64,000 nucleotides of DNA from Gekko japonicus (Eukaryota), in NCBI RefSeq assembly GCF_001447785.1, contig NW_015161963.1:124001-188000 (forward strand). Direction: 5' to 3'. The notes beneath the pieces were generated by a model that saw only the letters and a program-made list of their open reading frames with translations, had not been told where the DNA came from and searched no databases. Position 1 is the stretch's first letter; every line of letters starts with the position of its first letter. Below, in pieces: positions 51,230 through 63,238 of the stretch. The position numbers and the translations under genes are program-made.

Positions 51230-51465
51230 AGAGCCAGCTTGGTGTAGTGGTTAAGAGCGGTGGACTCTAATCTGGAGAACCAGGTTTGATTTCCTACTTG
51301 TCCACATGAAGCCAGCTGGGTGACCTTGGGTCAGTCACAGCTCTCTCAGAGCTCTCTCAGCTCCACTTACCTCACAGGGTGTCTGTTGTGGGGAGAGGAA
51401 GAGAGGGTGATTGTAAGCTGCTCCGAGACTCTTTCAGGTAGTTAAGGGCGGGGTATAAAACCAAC
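51230..51465 (+). mobile_element. Squam3-like tRNA SINE
   Basis: GAGAGCCAGCTTGGTGTAGTGGTTAAGAGC...GGGCGGGGTATAAA. Confidence 0.85.
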
Positions 51466-51520
51466 TTTTAACAAAAAAGATATGCCTTTATAACTGCAAT
51501 AAAAAGGGCTAGAGACAGAC

Positions 51521-51596
<76 letters not shown>

Positions 51597-51597
51597 A
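51521..51597 (+). repeat. (AAAG)n microsatellite
   Basis: About 19 uninterrupted units. Confidence 0.97.
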
Positions 51598-52829
51598 GGG
51601 AATCCTGAGAATCTGATATGTAGATTGTTATAACATTCTATGTTGTTCTGTCGCACAGTCGAGTCCAACCCTTCGCGACCCCATGGACTATATTACTATA
51701 ATGATATTTAATTGCTGGTTTTAAAAACCAATTGAGGGGAGCCTGGGGCTAAGAAACTGCAGGAAAACCTGCCATGTGGAAGCCCCATTGCTGCTGTGCT
51801 GTATTGGAAGCCACAGTAGCAACAGGGAAACCACACAAGCTTGTCCCCATGTGGAACTCATCATAGTCCCTATACTCTGGGGTGTCTCTGTTAGAAAGAA
51901 AAACATACAAATGATTTGTCTGAAGTCTTTCAGTTGGAAAAAAAAAGTCCTTGTGGATGGCATGGGAAGGCTGGTATCACTCTGATATCATAACGCCTTG
52001 TGTCTTTTGAACACATAGCTCTTAAAGATTTGATCATACAGGGACATATTTTCCTGCTTGTAAATTAAAGAGCTCAGCTGACACATTAAAGCTCATACTG
52101 GAATAAATGTTGTCAGTTTTTAAGGTTCCTCTGGACTTCTGTTTTTTTACATTAGTGCTGAAGCAGTCAGGGAAGAAATAAGAAATAAAACCTGTAAATC
52201 TAGTCTGGTGTAGCGGCTAAAGAGAGTGAGTTGGTGCTGGGAGGGGGGGCAACAGTGGGAGAGCTCCTAGTGTCCTGGCCCCACTGATGGACCTCCTGAT
52301 GGCACCTGGTATTTTTGGCCACTGTGTGACAGAGTGTTGGACTGGATGGGCCATTGGCCTGATCCAACATTGGCTTCTCTTCTGTTCTTATGTTTTTATG
52401 TTAATTGTGAGCTGGTTAATATCTGGTTCAGATCTCATATTGTGCCAGGAATTCAGTAAATTCCTCCACCCAAATATGGGGATAATAATACTGACCTATC
52501 TTGCATGGTTTTTGAAAGGATTGTATTTGAAGCACTTAGAACTCTCAGAAAGTACTATATTAATACTAAGTATTGCTTTTATATATCTTCCAGGATTAGT
52601 TAATATGCCCTTTCAGTGCATGGTGGAAATGAAAACATGTGAACCCATCCAGGCTAAGAGTCACTTCCAGGTTTATAGCAGAATGAGAGACTAGTATGAA
52701 TGCACCCACCTAGGTCCCTTTTCCAAAACCCATCTTCCCTCTGTTTCCTTTCCCACCCAAATCCGTTTCAAGAAAGAAAAGCCAAATTAGGTGTTCTCCT
52801 GACTGTTGTGGCTTCCTCTGAGAACATAG

Positions 52830-53177
52830 ACCTGATAAATTGTCAGAAGTTAATGATCAAAAAGCTTATCGGAGCCTTTTCAAATATAAATTTATAAGGT
52901 AAAAGAGAAATAATAAAGCCACTGGATAATTAGTAACTAGACAGGTCCTGAGGCTATAGAACTCAAACTGACCCCAAGAGCTCAACACAGAGTTGGGGGG
53001 AGATGCTGAGTGGAAGATGGGGTCATGAAACTGAATCATGAGGAGGAATGTTGGTACAAGGAAGAAACTTTGAAGATGAATATTAAGAAAGAGAAAAGAA
53101 AAAGATGATTTGTGGGAGAAGAGGTCGAAAAGGACTGGTGGAAAGCTAAAGGCTCTCTCCTTACTTTTCAGGTAAGA
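52830..53177 (+). promoter_or_regulatory. Candidate antisense (HASTER/HNF1A-AS1-like) promoter and first exon
   Basis: HNF1-like GTTAATGATCAAA 52849-52861 and GATAATTAGTAAC 52925-52937, GATA motifs, TATAAA 52885-52890, donor CAG|GTAAGA at 53171/53172. Confidence 0.4.
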
Positions 53178-54841
53178 ATTGTTTCTAGTGCATCCTCTGC
53201 ACTGTTCTGATTTATGTTGCTGGAAGGTATCTAGATGGTGGAATATGGGATTTATTAGCAGACAGAGGAAGATAGTATCAGGCTAGCAGCAGCTGCCTGT
53301 TCCACTCCCAAGCCTTTTTAAAATTTAGTTTATTTTAGTTTACTTTTAGTTTATGGTCATTGTTATTTGGAGGATAGGGATTATATTAAGGAGGACTTGC
53401 TTCCCTGATGATTGATTATTGAATATGGATTGACAGTTGTTGTTATGTTTGGTTTAATTTTAATTTTTTGGCGTCACAATGAGTATAGAACGTTTCCTTG
53501 TCCCCAGCATTAGCACACCACAGCCACTGACCTGTTTTTCACTTGCTCCCCAAGCAAAGCTGTTGCCTCCGTGACCTGTTTTCGAGTTTTCAGGAATCCT
53601 CAAACTGGTCATTGTTGGATAGCAGACTAATAGTGCCATCTTAAGCACAGTTAACTTATACCCTTCTGAAGTCCATTTTGGTCAATGGGTTTAGCAGAAT
53701 AACTCTGTTTAGGATCACACTATGAGTGACCTTTAGCCTCATCTCCAAGGGCTCTTTTTATGCTCACGTGTCTCCCATTTTAGAGAATGAAACCCCATGT
53801 GAATTCTTGCCTAGTTATACAGAGACACACAGATAGGGACTATAATGTTCTGAAATTTGAAAGAAGATTGGAATGGACAGGCTAGTATCAGGGGGCTAAT
53901 TTTGAAATGCATTATGGCTAGGAAGGACAATGGGATGGGAGAAGAAAGAGACCACAACATTGTACATTAAATTCTATAATACTAAGGTCCACTGAGACAG
54001 TAAATGCACATGGCTGAAATCACAGATATTTGCTAATGATCAAAGAGCTCAGTACAGAAATCTTTAGGAAACCTAACAGGGAGACATTCATCCATCACCA
54101 CGGATCAACCTGAGACAGGTGATAGTTACAATAATGCCAAGCAAAAGTAAAAACAATCAAGTTGAGTCTGTCATTTCCAAATATATGAAAGAATGGTGAA
54201 AAAGAGGCAATCAAACTTGTGCTGTGAAGTTTGCGTGAATTTACATGGAATAAAAATACTGGGGTGGTTAGCCATGAGGTCTTTAATGTGTATCTCTTGG
54301 CAATAACAGCAAGATAGCGTCGGAATTATTCAAGATGGTGGGCAAAGGTTGTGTGTTTCTATAGCCCCTTGAACAGTGAAAGTGCTTAGACCTGCAGCAA
54401 ATGTAGTTGGTTTCCTTTTCAGTCTATATTGTTGGGGGATGCTTTCTTGTGTTCTGTGATTTTATAAACTATGTGAAGATAGTTCAGAAAGCTTTTTGGT
54501 TCTATGTGGCTTCTCTCCTACACCCATTCCCCTACATTTTTGGAACGGCAGCCAAAAGAGGGAGATGTTTGCAGAGAGAGTTTCAGAGTTCTTCCCCACT
54601 TTATAAAGAAGCACTTCTTGTCTGGATTACTCCTTGTAGAATAGACCTGATATGTAATTTGCCAGTCAGGGTTATCATTATTATTTTTAAATAATATCAA
54701 AGAGACATGGTATGCTGCAGGTTGGATGCTACTAATACCATCTGAAACGCTTAGATCAGCTGCAAAACCCAAGAGCTTAGATGAAGGGCTGAGACCAGAC
54801 AGAAAGCAGAGAAGAAAAGAAAAGGCTGGATATGTCCTTAC

Positions 54842-55167
54842 TGTAATAATCTTTCCACCACCGCTTTTTGGTGTGCAGCCTCCTCTGGGTTCAAATTTTC
54901 TAGTTCCTTCATTATTGGAGGAGTGAAGTCTTCTCCATCATCAGATGTTTCGTCTTCGGACATCCTAGACTCCCCCATTCCATTGGTAAGAACCGGGATT
55001 TCTGCACAGGTTTCCTGTTTGTCTGCTTGGGCTGTGTTGATGGGCCGTTGGCTCTCACTGTAGGGGTCTGCCTCACTCAGGGCTTTAATAAGAGTCTCCT
55101 TGCTTAGCCCTGATTCCAGTAGCGCTCCCAGCAGTTCCACCTGAAGATGAGTCAGTTTTGAGACCAT
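54842..55167 (-). CDS. HNF1A: HNF1A exon 1 coding part (326 nt), dimerisation domain
   Basis: [30 protein letters not shown]...[28 protein letters not shown]; Kozak ACCATGG; donor CA|gtaagg. Confidence 0.98.
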
Positions 55168-55394
55168 GGTCTTTTCCCCTCCTTTCTCTTTCTTCTGATA
55201 TGCAAGCTGTACCGTCTCTGCTGCAACCTCCTTTTTTTTTTTTTTTTGCTACACCATGATTCTGAAGTCGCAGAGCCAATGGTCAGTGGATCCCGCCTTT
55301 ATACACCCACACCCCAAAATCCAAGACACAAAAATTAGCTGCTTCAGACCCCCCACAACTGTCCTGAGTCAGAACTGATAAAGGGACCCTCGCC

Positions 55395-55480
55395 TATCTG
55401 TTTACATTGGAGCAATGCAAATTCTCCAAGGTTCATATTTATCTGTGTGCTTAGGCAAGTTACTGAACTTTGGACTTCGG
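55395..55480 (-). promoter_or_regulatory. HNF1A: HNF1A proximal promoter: HNF4 DR1, TATA-like box, FOXA site
   Basis: Minus strand AGTCCAAAGTTCA (55476-55464), CTAAGCACACAGATAAATATGAACCTTGGAGAATTT, CTCCAATGTAAACAG; nearly the same as the mammalian promoter as I recall it. Confidence 0.92.
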
Positions 55481-55820
55481 CACTGCAGCAGCAGTTCACA
55501 AAGTACGCAGAGAGAGAGGGAGGGAGAAAAGCGTGTGTTGGGGGAGGAAAGATTGGGTAAAAGATGAGAAAAGAACAGAGAAAAGTGAGCTGGAGGAGAC
55601 AAGCAAGAGCCAAAGTAGCACTGGTCACCTTGCACGCATTGAAGATGACCTTAGGATGGCAAGAGGAGGTTATGGCTTGGTGACAAGTTCAGTGGTCTCT
55701 CCAAGAAACGTAAGTAATATTTCCTTTAGGGATGTGGATTGGTGAAATAGCCCGGGTTGATCCGAGACATCCCAAGATGGGACATTCAAATGTCACCCTC
55801 TCTCTCCCACTAGTTGGGGA

Positions 55821-55975
55821 GGGGCCGTAGCTCATTGGTAAAGCATCTGCTTGGCATGCTGAAAGTCCCAGGTTCAATCCCTGGCATCTCTAGCTAAAAG
55901 AGCCAGATAGTAGGCAAGATTAAAGGCTTCTGCCTGAGATCCTGGAGAGCTGCTGCACATTTGAATAGACAATCA
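55821..55975 (+). mobile_element. tRNA(Ala)-headed SINE
   Basis: GGGGCCGTAGCTCATTGGTAAAGCATCTGCTTGGCATGC..GGTTCAATCCC. Confidence 0.75.
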
Positions 55976-56024
55976 TTAGTCTGAAGTTGACTGGAGGGTC
56001 CCTATTGGCTAGCACCTCCAATAT

Positions 56025-56430
56025 CTATTTATTTATTTCAATTTTACCCCACCATTCTGCCCAATAGAGACCCAAAGCAGCTTATATTATTCTCCCCTCC
56101 TTCATTTCATCCTCACAACAACCCTGTAAGGTGGGTTAGTCTGAGAGCATGTGACTGGCCCAAGGTTACCCAGCAAGAGCAGAAGCCCGGGGGAAAGGGG
56201 GGGGGCAGGGTGTGTGCCTCTCATCATCTTCGGGCGGGGGAGGGGGAGCAGAGGATCGGGGGAGGGAGCCCACAAAACCCGCGAGGAGGCCAGGCCCCAT
56301 GGGCCCCATGCGAGCTACGGGCCTGCTGAGAGCATGTGACTGGCCCACGGTTACCCAGCAAGATTCCATTGCAGAGTGGGGATTCGAACCTGGGTCTCCC
56401 AGGTCCTAGTCTAACCTCTACACTGTGCTG
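56025..56430 (-). mobile_element. Squam3-like SINE carrying an internal GC-rich insert flanked by a 38-bp duplication
   Basis: Direct repeats 56141-56178 and 56326-56363 (1 mismatch). Confidence 0.75.
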
Positions 56431-57606
56431 GCTCAATATTAGAAGCACACAATACACTTCTGTTCCAAGAGCAATTTTGAAGCTTTTTACATTTTCTTAA
56501 ATAAAATGAAGCATGTATCACTAAGGGCCATATTAAAATGTTTTTAAAGGATGGATAGAGAGCTTGAAACACTAGAGGAAGAATAAAATTGATGTCTTTT
56601 TGAGAATATGTTCATGCATATGCAGAACAAGCATGCAAGTTGCAAAACTGGGATCACAAATGGGGAAGGGAGTGTTTGTTTTGTTTTGACTAATATTTCT
56701 TAATATGTATTTTTTTTTCCTGTTCACAATAAAAGCGTACAAAGTGATTTCCACCGGGACGGAAAAGTGTGCAGGCAAGATGTGGATGAGAAATGGGAAG
56801 GAGAGGAGAGGAGAACAAAAAAAATAAAATAGAAGGGAGAAATGAGAGGGGGGAAGAGGATAGAGCTGCAGAGCAGGGTTAGGTTAGACACCCTTGAGGT
56901 AGTCATGTGTTTATACATATGTCTTTGTTTGTCTTTTCCTTTTCCCCCACAGGAGACATCTGTCTTTGCTGTAGCTGTATCAGTCAGACGTCTCTGCATA
57001 TGGTCTCCCAATGGTAATGTTGTTACTATACAAATTACCAGTGTTTTCACAGCACCTGCTTCTATCCAGAAAGCTGTTATCTTTGAACAGTTCCAGACCA
57101 TATGAACCTCTGTCTCTTTCAAATGCCTACACCTGTGGAGGTGAGATGATAGTTTCAGCTTTTTTCCTGTATAATCGGGGGGGGGGGGACGGGACTCAAC
57201 ATGTAATATTTTTAAGTCACCTTTTCTTGAATAAGCCTTTCAAATTGAGAAAGGGTGTCTATAGATGCAAGTGAATATTTTTAACCGAGTGTTTTCCACA
57301 TGGGGCACAGACTTGTGTGGTTCCCCTGTGATTGCTGAAACACTGCAATGCCAATGGGTCTTCCACATAACTGGTTTCTCACCATTTTGCTTGCTCCAGT
57401 GCTCTATGTGGCAGCCATTCCCCAGTCAGTAATTAACATATTGTTATGATATTTCTTACTAGGTACTCTGAATTCTCTTATTTCATTTTAAACTGAACCT
57501 CCAGCCCCTTTTGTTGTGGAGATATAAGGTAAAAGGCATTTCTCTGCAATGAAAGAGACCAGAGACTTCATTTTTTAAAAAAAATGAAAGTTGCTCTCTC
57601 TCACTA

Positions 57607-57608
<2 letters not shown>

Positions 57609-57661
<53 letters not shown>
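57609..57661 (+). repeat. (TC)n microsatellite, tail of the adjacent SINE
   Basis: Directly visible. Confidence 0.95.
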
Positions 57662-57665
<4 letters not shown>

Positions 57666-57858
57666 GCCATCAAGTCACAACCAACTTAGAGTGACCTCAT
57701 TGGGTTTTCAAGGCAAGAGATGTTCAGAGGTGGTTTGCCATTTTGCCTCTGTGTAGCAACCTTGGTATTCATTGGTGGGCTCCCACCCAAATACTAACCA
57801 GGCCATACCCTGCTTATTCTTCTGAGATCAGGTTAGCCTGAGCTATCCAGGTCAGGGC
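57662..57858 (-). mobile_element. 5S-derived SINE copy
   Basis: Minus-strand start GCCCTGACCTGGATAGCTCAGGCTAACCTGATCTCAG; RTE-like tail. Confidence 0.75.
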
Positions 57859-59559
57859 AGTTATAACATTATAATGCTATAATAATGGCAATTGCTGATT
57901 TAAAAAACAACACCCTCTCATGGCAGTGGGAATGGCCACCTTATGGGGTTCTGGCAGGGGGAAATGGCACTGAAGTGGGACCAGGAAGTTCTGGACCTTC
58001 CTGTCCACATGGGTGCCGCTCTGATCTTTCCCAAAACATCACAGCAAAACAGGTTTGGGAACGATCTCAGAAACGACTGGAAAACCCAGGAGGAGTACTG
58101 AACTACCATAATGCTGTGGAGAAGCAGGGGGAAAAATCCAAGCCAGGGCAAATAACTTAGGCTTAAGCGTTTTAGGTTCTTCCCTGTTCCCAATAGTATT
58201 GTTCTTTACAGGCTAAAGCAATGTCTGCCTTGTGAAGCTCTCATCTAGCATTTGTTAGTTCCCTAAATATGAATGGTATGGGCAGGATCAGCCAATACAT
58301 GGCATTTACCCATTGCCTCCTCCTGTAAATTAACAAGCATTCTCAGATCCCACTCGTTATCATGGAACAACAAACGGCTAAAATAAAATAATTCAGGGGA
58401 AAATGTTCTTCCCTTTTCAATTTCACATACTGTTCCCTTCCGTTCCTTTCTCTCCTTGATTTGGTTCAGTGGAGGAGGGGAAGGGATGGGAACGGCCCAG
58501 CAAGGAGGGAGGAAGCCTTTGCTGAGTCATCTTTGCTCACCCATTTCTGGAAGGACCTGCACCACCTCAGAGAGGGCCATTTCCAGGTTTTGAGGGGCCC
58601 CAGGCAGAGTCCCCAGGCCCCCTTCCTTCTTTTCACCAAGCCCCCAAACATGCCCTCCTTCCCTCCCACCTGCAGGCGTGTACTTCTCCTTCCCACTTTT
58701 GTGAGCTTTCCCCACTACCTATACTCACAGCTGCCTGCAGCCCTTTCTCCAGGGGCACTGGGCAGTGCCAACACGTGTACCTGGGAGCTCAGTGGAATGC
58801 TAGCAAATAAGTGGTGGTGGAGGGTCAACAGCAGTATGCCCTGCCAGAAGCCCTGGGCCCTGGCAGCTGCCCTACCTCATGGTATGCTGATGCCAGCCCT
58901 GTCTTCAGGAATAGCCAATCAGGGTGATGGGAGGAACTTTCTAAACCGAGCCTTTTGGCCAGTGACATTATGGTGCCTCAACCAGCCTCTTGTGTTGTGA
59001 CTGGCCCCGGGTATAGGGCGTGTTGCAAATTGTCTCAGTAGACCTTTAATCTCTATGTACCGCCCACTTTTTCTTTTGTTTCTTTCCTAGGAGACCTGTA
59101 GCCTGCTATGTGTCCACAAGTAAAGGCCTTCCTTCATTTGAACTGGCCCACCATTGAAGCTAAAAGGGTCTTGCTGTTGGTGTTGATTCTTAAAAATTCA
59201 GGGGTTAAGGACAGGTATAATCTTAGGGTGGCCAGCTCTGCGTTGGAAAATACCTGGAGATTTTGTGGGTGGAATCTGAGGAGGGTGGGGTTTGGGGAGG
59301 GGGGACTTCAGTGGGGTATAATTTCATAGGGTCCCCCTTCCAAAGCAGCCATTTTCTCTGGGTGAACAGATCTATGTCACCTGGAGATCAGTTGTAATTT
59401 CGGGAGATCTCCAGCCACCACCTGGAGGTTTACCACACAAAGTGAGATACGCAGTGTAAGATGCGACCCAACAAAAACTATGTATAAAACAATTAATTAC
59501 AACAAAGTCAATGAAAGTATATAGCTCACTATCAAATTTAGCATTTTGGGATAAGGTGA

Positions 59560-61000
59560 CTGAGAGGGTGATGGCTGGACAACTCCAGGCAATTTTGGAT
59601 TAAGCTGATTAATTGGATCCATGTCAGTCTGGCTTTATGTTGGGTTTTGGGATGAAGACAGTCTTTGTCACCTTGATGGAAGACAGGGCAAGTGCAGCTC
59701 TACTAGTTCTCCTAGATTTGTTGCTGGTCTGTGATACCACTGACCATACTATTCTCCTGGAACATCTTGTAGCTTTGCAGTTTCTCAAGTTTCTTTTCTT
59801 CAAGTGTGGATTCCAGAAAGTAGTTTTTGGGAGATTACTGTTTCTCCCCATGGGAATTGCCTGAAGAGGGGGTTCCTGGAGGAATTCCTAGTTTGTGTAA
59901 TAGAAACGAGTAAGTTAAGTCTTCTGGAGTTATGCAGTGTGGTATCATCAGTATGCGTGGGATACCCCAATGTGCTTTCCTTTTAACCTTCACCAGGTGA
60001 GACAGTGTTCTGAACTGAAGCTCCATAATGGGTAATTGGATGAAAGTGAAAAGCCCAATCTAGACAGAAGTAAATATTGCCATTCTGTTAACTGGTGACA
60101 AGGATCTGACCAGGTTTCATCTTGTACCCAGATTGCTTTTTTCCAGCTTTGACTCATTCACTGTAAGCAGTATCAATTGGCCATGGTGGTTAATGTCTTA
60201 GCACTCTCTAAACAGCATGATAAAAAGTAGAGACAGCATGATAAAAAGTAGAGACATCACCCTGCCAACAAAAGTCCGAATGGTCAAAGCAATGGTATTC
60301 CCAGTAGTACTGTATGGCTGCGAGAGTTGGACTATAAGGAAGGCCGAGCGCCGAATAATAGATTCTTTTGAACTATGATGCTGGAGAAGACTCTTGTCCC
60401 TTGGACTGCAAGAAGATCAAATCAGTCAATCCTAAAAGAAATCAACCCTGACTGTTCCCTGGAAGGCCAGATAATGAAACTGAAGCTCAAATACTTTGGC
60501 CACCAAATGAGAAGGGAGCACTCCCTGGAGAAGATCCTGATGCTGGGAAGGATTGAAGGTCAAAGAAGCTGGGGACGGCAAAGGATGAGATGGTTAGACA
60601 GTGTCATAGATGCAACGAACATGAAATTGAGCAAACTTCAGAGGACGGCGGAAGACAGGAAGGCCTGGTGTGATCTGGTCCATGGGGTCGCGAAGAGTCG
60701 GACTCGACTGTGTGGCTGAACAACAACAACTCTCTAGGTTAAACTAGTGCAGTGTTTTTCTTCTGAAGATGGGACCATCAGTGACCTTGGTCCACTACAT
60801 ATTGGGAGTACCTTCCATGTGACCCTCCCTAAAATTTAAGATCGGCAAGTGAGGCACTGCTTTATGTGACATCTTATGTGAAGACTTCCACTAGAAGCAA
60901 GGCCTTCTCAGTAGTTGCCCTTCAACTTTAGAACTCCTGACTTGAAGAAAATCATTTGACACCATCCCTGCTGACGTTACACTGTACACTGGTTGGTTAA
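59560..61000 (+). mobile_element. Degraded L2 LINE
   Basis: LDPCQSGF..GFGMKTVFVTL..LLVLLDL...DTTDHTILL RT motifs; 3' GGCCTTCTCAGTAGTTGCCC. Confidence 0.75.
60211..60728 (+). mobile_element. BovB 3' fragment inserted in L2, 8-bp TSD
   Basis: VPWTARRSNQSILKEINPDCSLEGQIMKLKLKYFGH; (CAA)n tail; TSD ACTCTCTA at 60203-60210 and 60729-60736. Confidence 0.92.
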
Positions 61001-62367
61001 AAGCAGTGTATTTCACATGGTCCTTCTGCATGACTGTTACACGTGGCAATGTATGGTTTGTATCAGTGTTGGATTTGGGTAGGTGGCTTTATCTTGGGAT
61101 ATGGTTTGCTCATTTGAATGCTCAAGTCTCTTAAGAATTTTATGTCTTTTTTCATATTTTATGTCTTTTGTTCACCACTTCAGAACCTTGAGTATAAAGT
61201 GACATACAAATCTGTAAATATTTTTTAAGGGGCAGAAAGCTTGTTTGAAGCCAAGGGAGGAAGAAAAATTGACAGCAGGTTCAGCATTCAACCTGTTGAT
61301 CTGTACATGCAAATGGCATAGCTGGAAGGAGGTGAAGTTCATACCAGATGTGAGGGATCTGCAGTTCTTTGCATGTCATGTCTATCTTCACTCTTGTTCT
61401 TTCTTCTAACCATCTCCAGAGTAACCGATATTTGGAGAGTGGCAAGATAATTTGAAAGTCCTAATGGGACCTGCCCCAGAGGGCTTTAAAAGTAGGTGAG
61501 TAATACATATGAATAACTGTTGTATACAAAGCTAAGGAATACTGCCAGATCCAACCTTGCCTTTGCTCTTTGTGGGACAGTGCACATACTTATTTACTCC
61601 ATTGTAAAAGGCAGCTGAGGTTCCACTTGTTTTGCTACTAACCCCACCTTAGGTTTCTACTCCCACCTATTAACTGTAGTTGGCTCACTTTTGATTCCAG
61701 TTAGTTATACAACCACTTTTCAAGAGTGGAGAAACAGCTTGCAATGTCTAATGCTTAGTTTCCAAACAAAGAGAGGCATCAGGGTGCATCCAAACTACTT
61801 TAAACCCTGGCGGATGGTAATTGTTTGTGAATATTTGGTGCTTAAGAACCCCTGCTCAGAAATGTGGTTTTATTTTTTTTAACTTTATTATTAATTAATC
61901 ACATGTTACAGGAATTCATCCTGGCACTGGAAAGTAGGTTTTTAGAGCTAAGTCTTACTCAAATTAAGCCCCTGGCCTATGCCTTCTAACAAAAATAGAT
62001 GATGGCCCTAGTTACTTTAGGAAAGCACATTTTTGGTTGCCATATCTCAGAAAAAGGACATGGCAGAGCTGGAAAAAGTACAGAAGAGGGAAACAATTCC
62101 TATGAGGAAATGCTGAACAGTCTGGGACTTTTCAGCTTAGAAAAAAGACAACCAAGAGAGGACATGATAGAGGTTTATAAAATAATGAACAGGGTAAAGA
62201 GAGTGGACAGAGAAAACTTTTTATCCATCACCCCAAATACTAAAACTTGCAGACAATGGAGCTGATGGGCAGTAGATTCAGGATGGACAAAAGGAAATAC
62301 TTAATTACACAGTGAGTGGTTAAAATGTGCAATTTGCTGCCAGAAGATGTAGTGATGGCCACAGGCT

Positions 62368-62589
62368 CTCTCTCGCTCTCTCTTTTACATCATCGGTCAC
62401 AGCTGTCTTATGGCAACCCCATGGGCTCTTCAGGGTAAGATACTTTCAGAGGTACTTTGCCATTGCCCGCCTCTGTGTAATGACCCTGGTGTTCCTTGCT
62501 GTCCTCCCTTCCAAATACTGGCCAAGGCTGACCCTGCTTAGCTTCCAAGATCTGATGAGATCAGGCTAGCCTGGGGCTATCCAGGTCAG
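62368..62589 (-). mobile_element. 5S-derived SINE with 11-bp TSD
   Basis: TSD GGCCACAGGCT at 62357-62367 and 62590-62600; head CCTGATCTCATCAGATCTTGGAAGCTAAGCAGGGTCAGCC. Confidence 0.85.
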
Positions 62590-62821
62590 GGCCACAGGCT
62601 TAGATGGCTTTAAAGGGGGTTAGACAGATTCATGGATGATAGGTCTGTCAGTGGGTACTAGCTATGGTGACTGAAGGGGATTTCCACATTCAGAGGCAGT
62701 AAACCTCTGAATACCAGCACCAGGTGGCAACGTGAGGGGAAAACCTCAGCCTCTATACTGTGTTGTTGGACCTTCAGAGGAACTGGTTGGCCATTGTGTG
62801 AGACAGGATGCTGGATTAGAT

Positions 62822-63238
62822 CAGGTGTCAACTCATTTGTTGCGAGGGCCAAATCTGACATAAATGTCACTTTGTCGGGCTGGGCCATGTGTGCCATAAA
62901 ACGTAATGCCAGGTACTGGAGATAAAAACTGTATAAAGGACAGCAGCTGGTAAGCTCCGAGTTAGTGTATTTTCATTGCAAGGTCCCATGGGCTAGGAGT
63001 GGGGTGCAGAGGAAAACCCACATTGGCGGACTGGAGAGGCAGCAGTGCAGCACTGGACAGATGCTCCCACAATGCTTGACTGCTGCAGACTAGGTTGTTC
63101 TGCCGTGCTGAAGCCACAATGGAGTGGCTCCCCCCACTCCCCCCCAGTATTCCCTCCCTTGCACCAGTTGATCATGGGCCGCATAAGAGCCCTGGATGGG
63201 CCGGATCTGGCCCCCGGGCCTTATGTTTGACATCCCTG
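62822..63238. mobile_element. hAT-Charlie-like MITE with 8-bp TSD
   Basis: Ends CAGGTGTCAAC / GTTTGACATCCCTG; TSD GATTAGAT / GACTAGAT. Confidence 0.8.

Noticed and set aside
55821-55895. tRNA-Ala gene (also other tRNA-like heads)
   Set aside because: Imperfect cloverleaf continuing into a shared SINE body.
58461-59000. 179-aa ORF upstream of HNF1A
   Set aside because: TTG start, GC-rich low-complexity region resembling a MITE; no protein similarity recognised.
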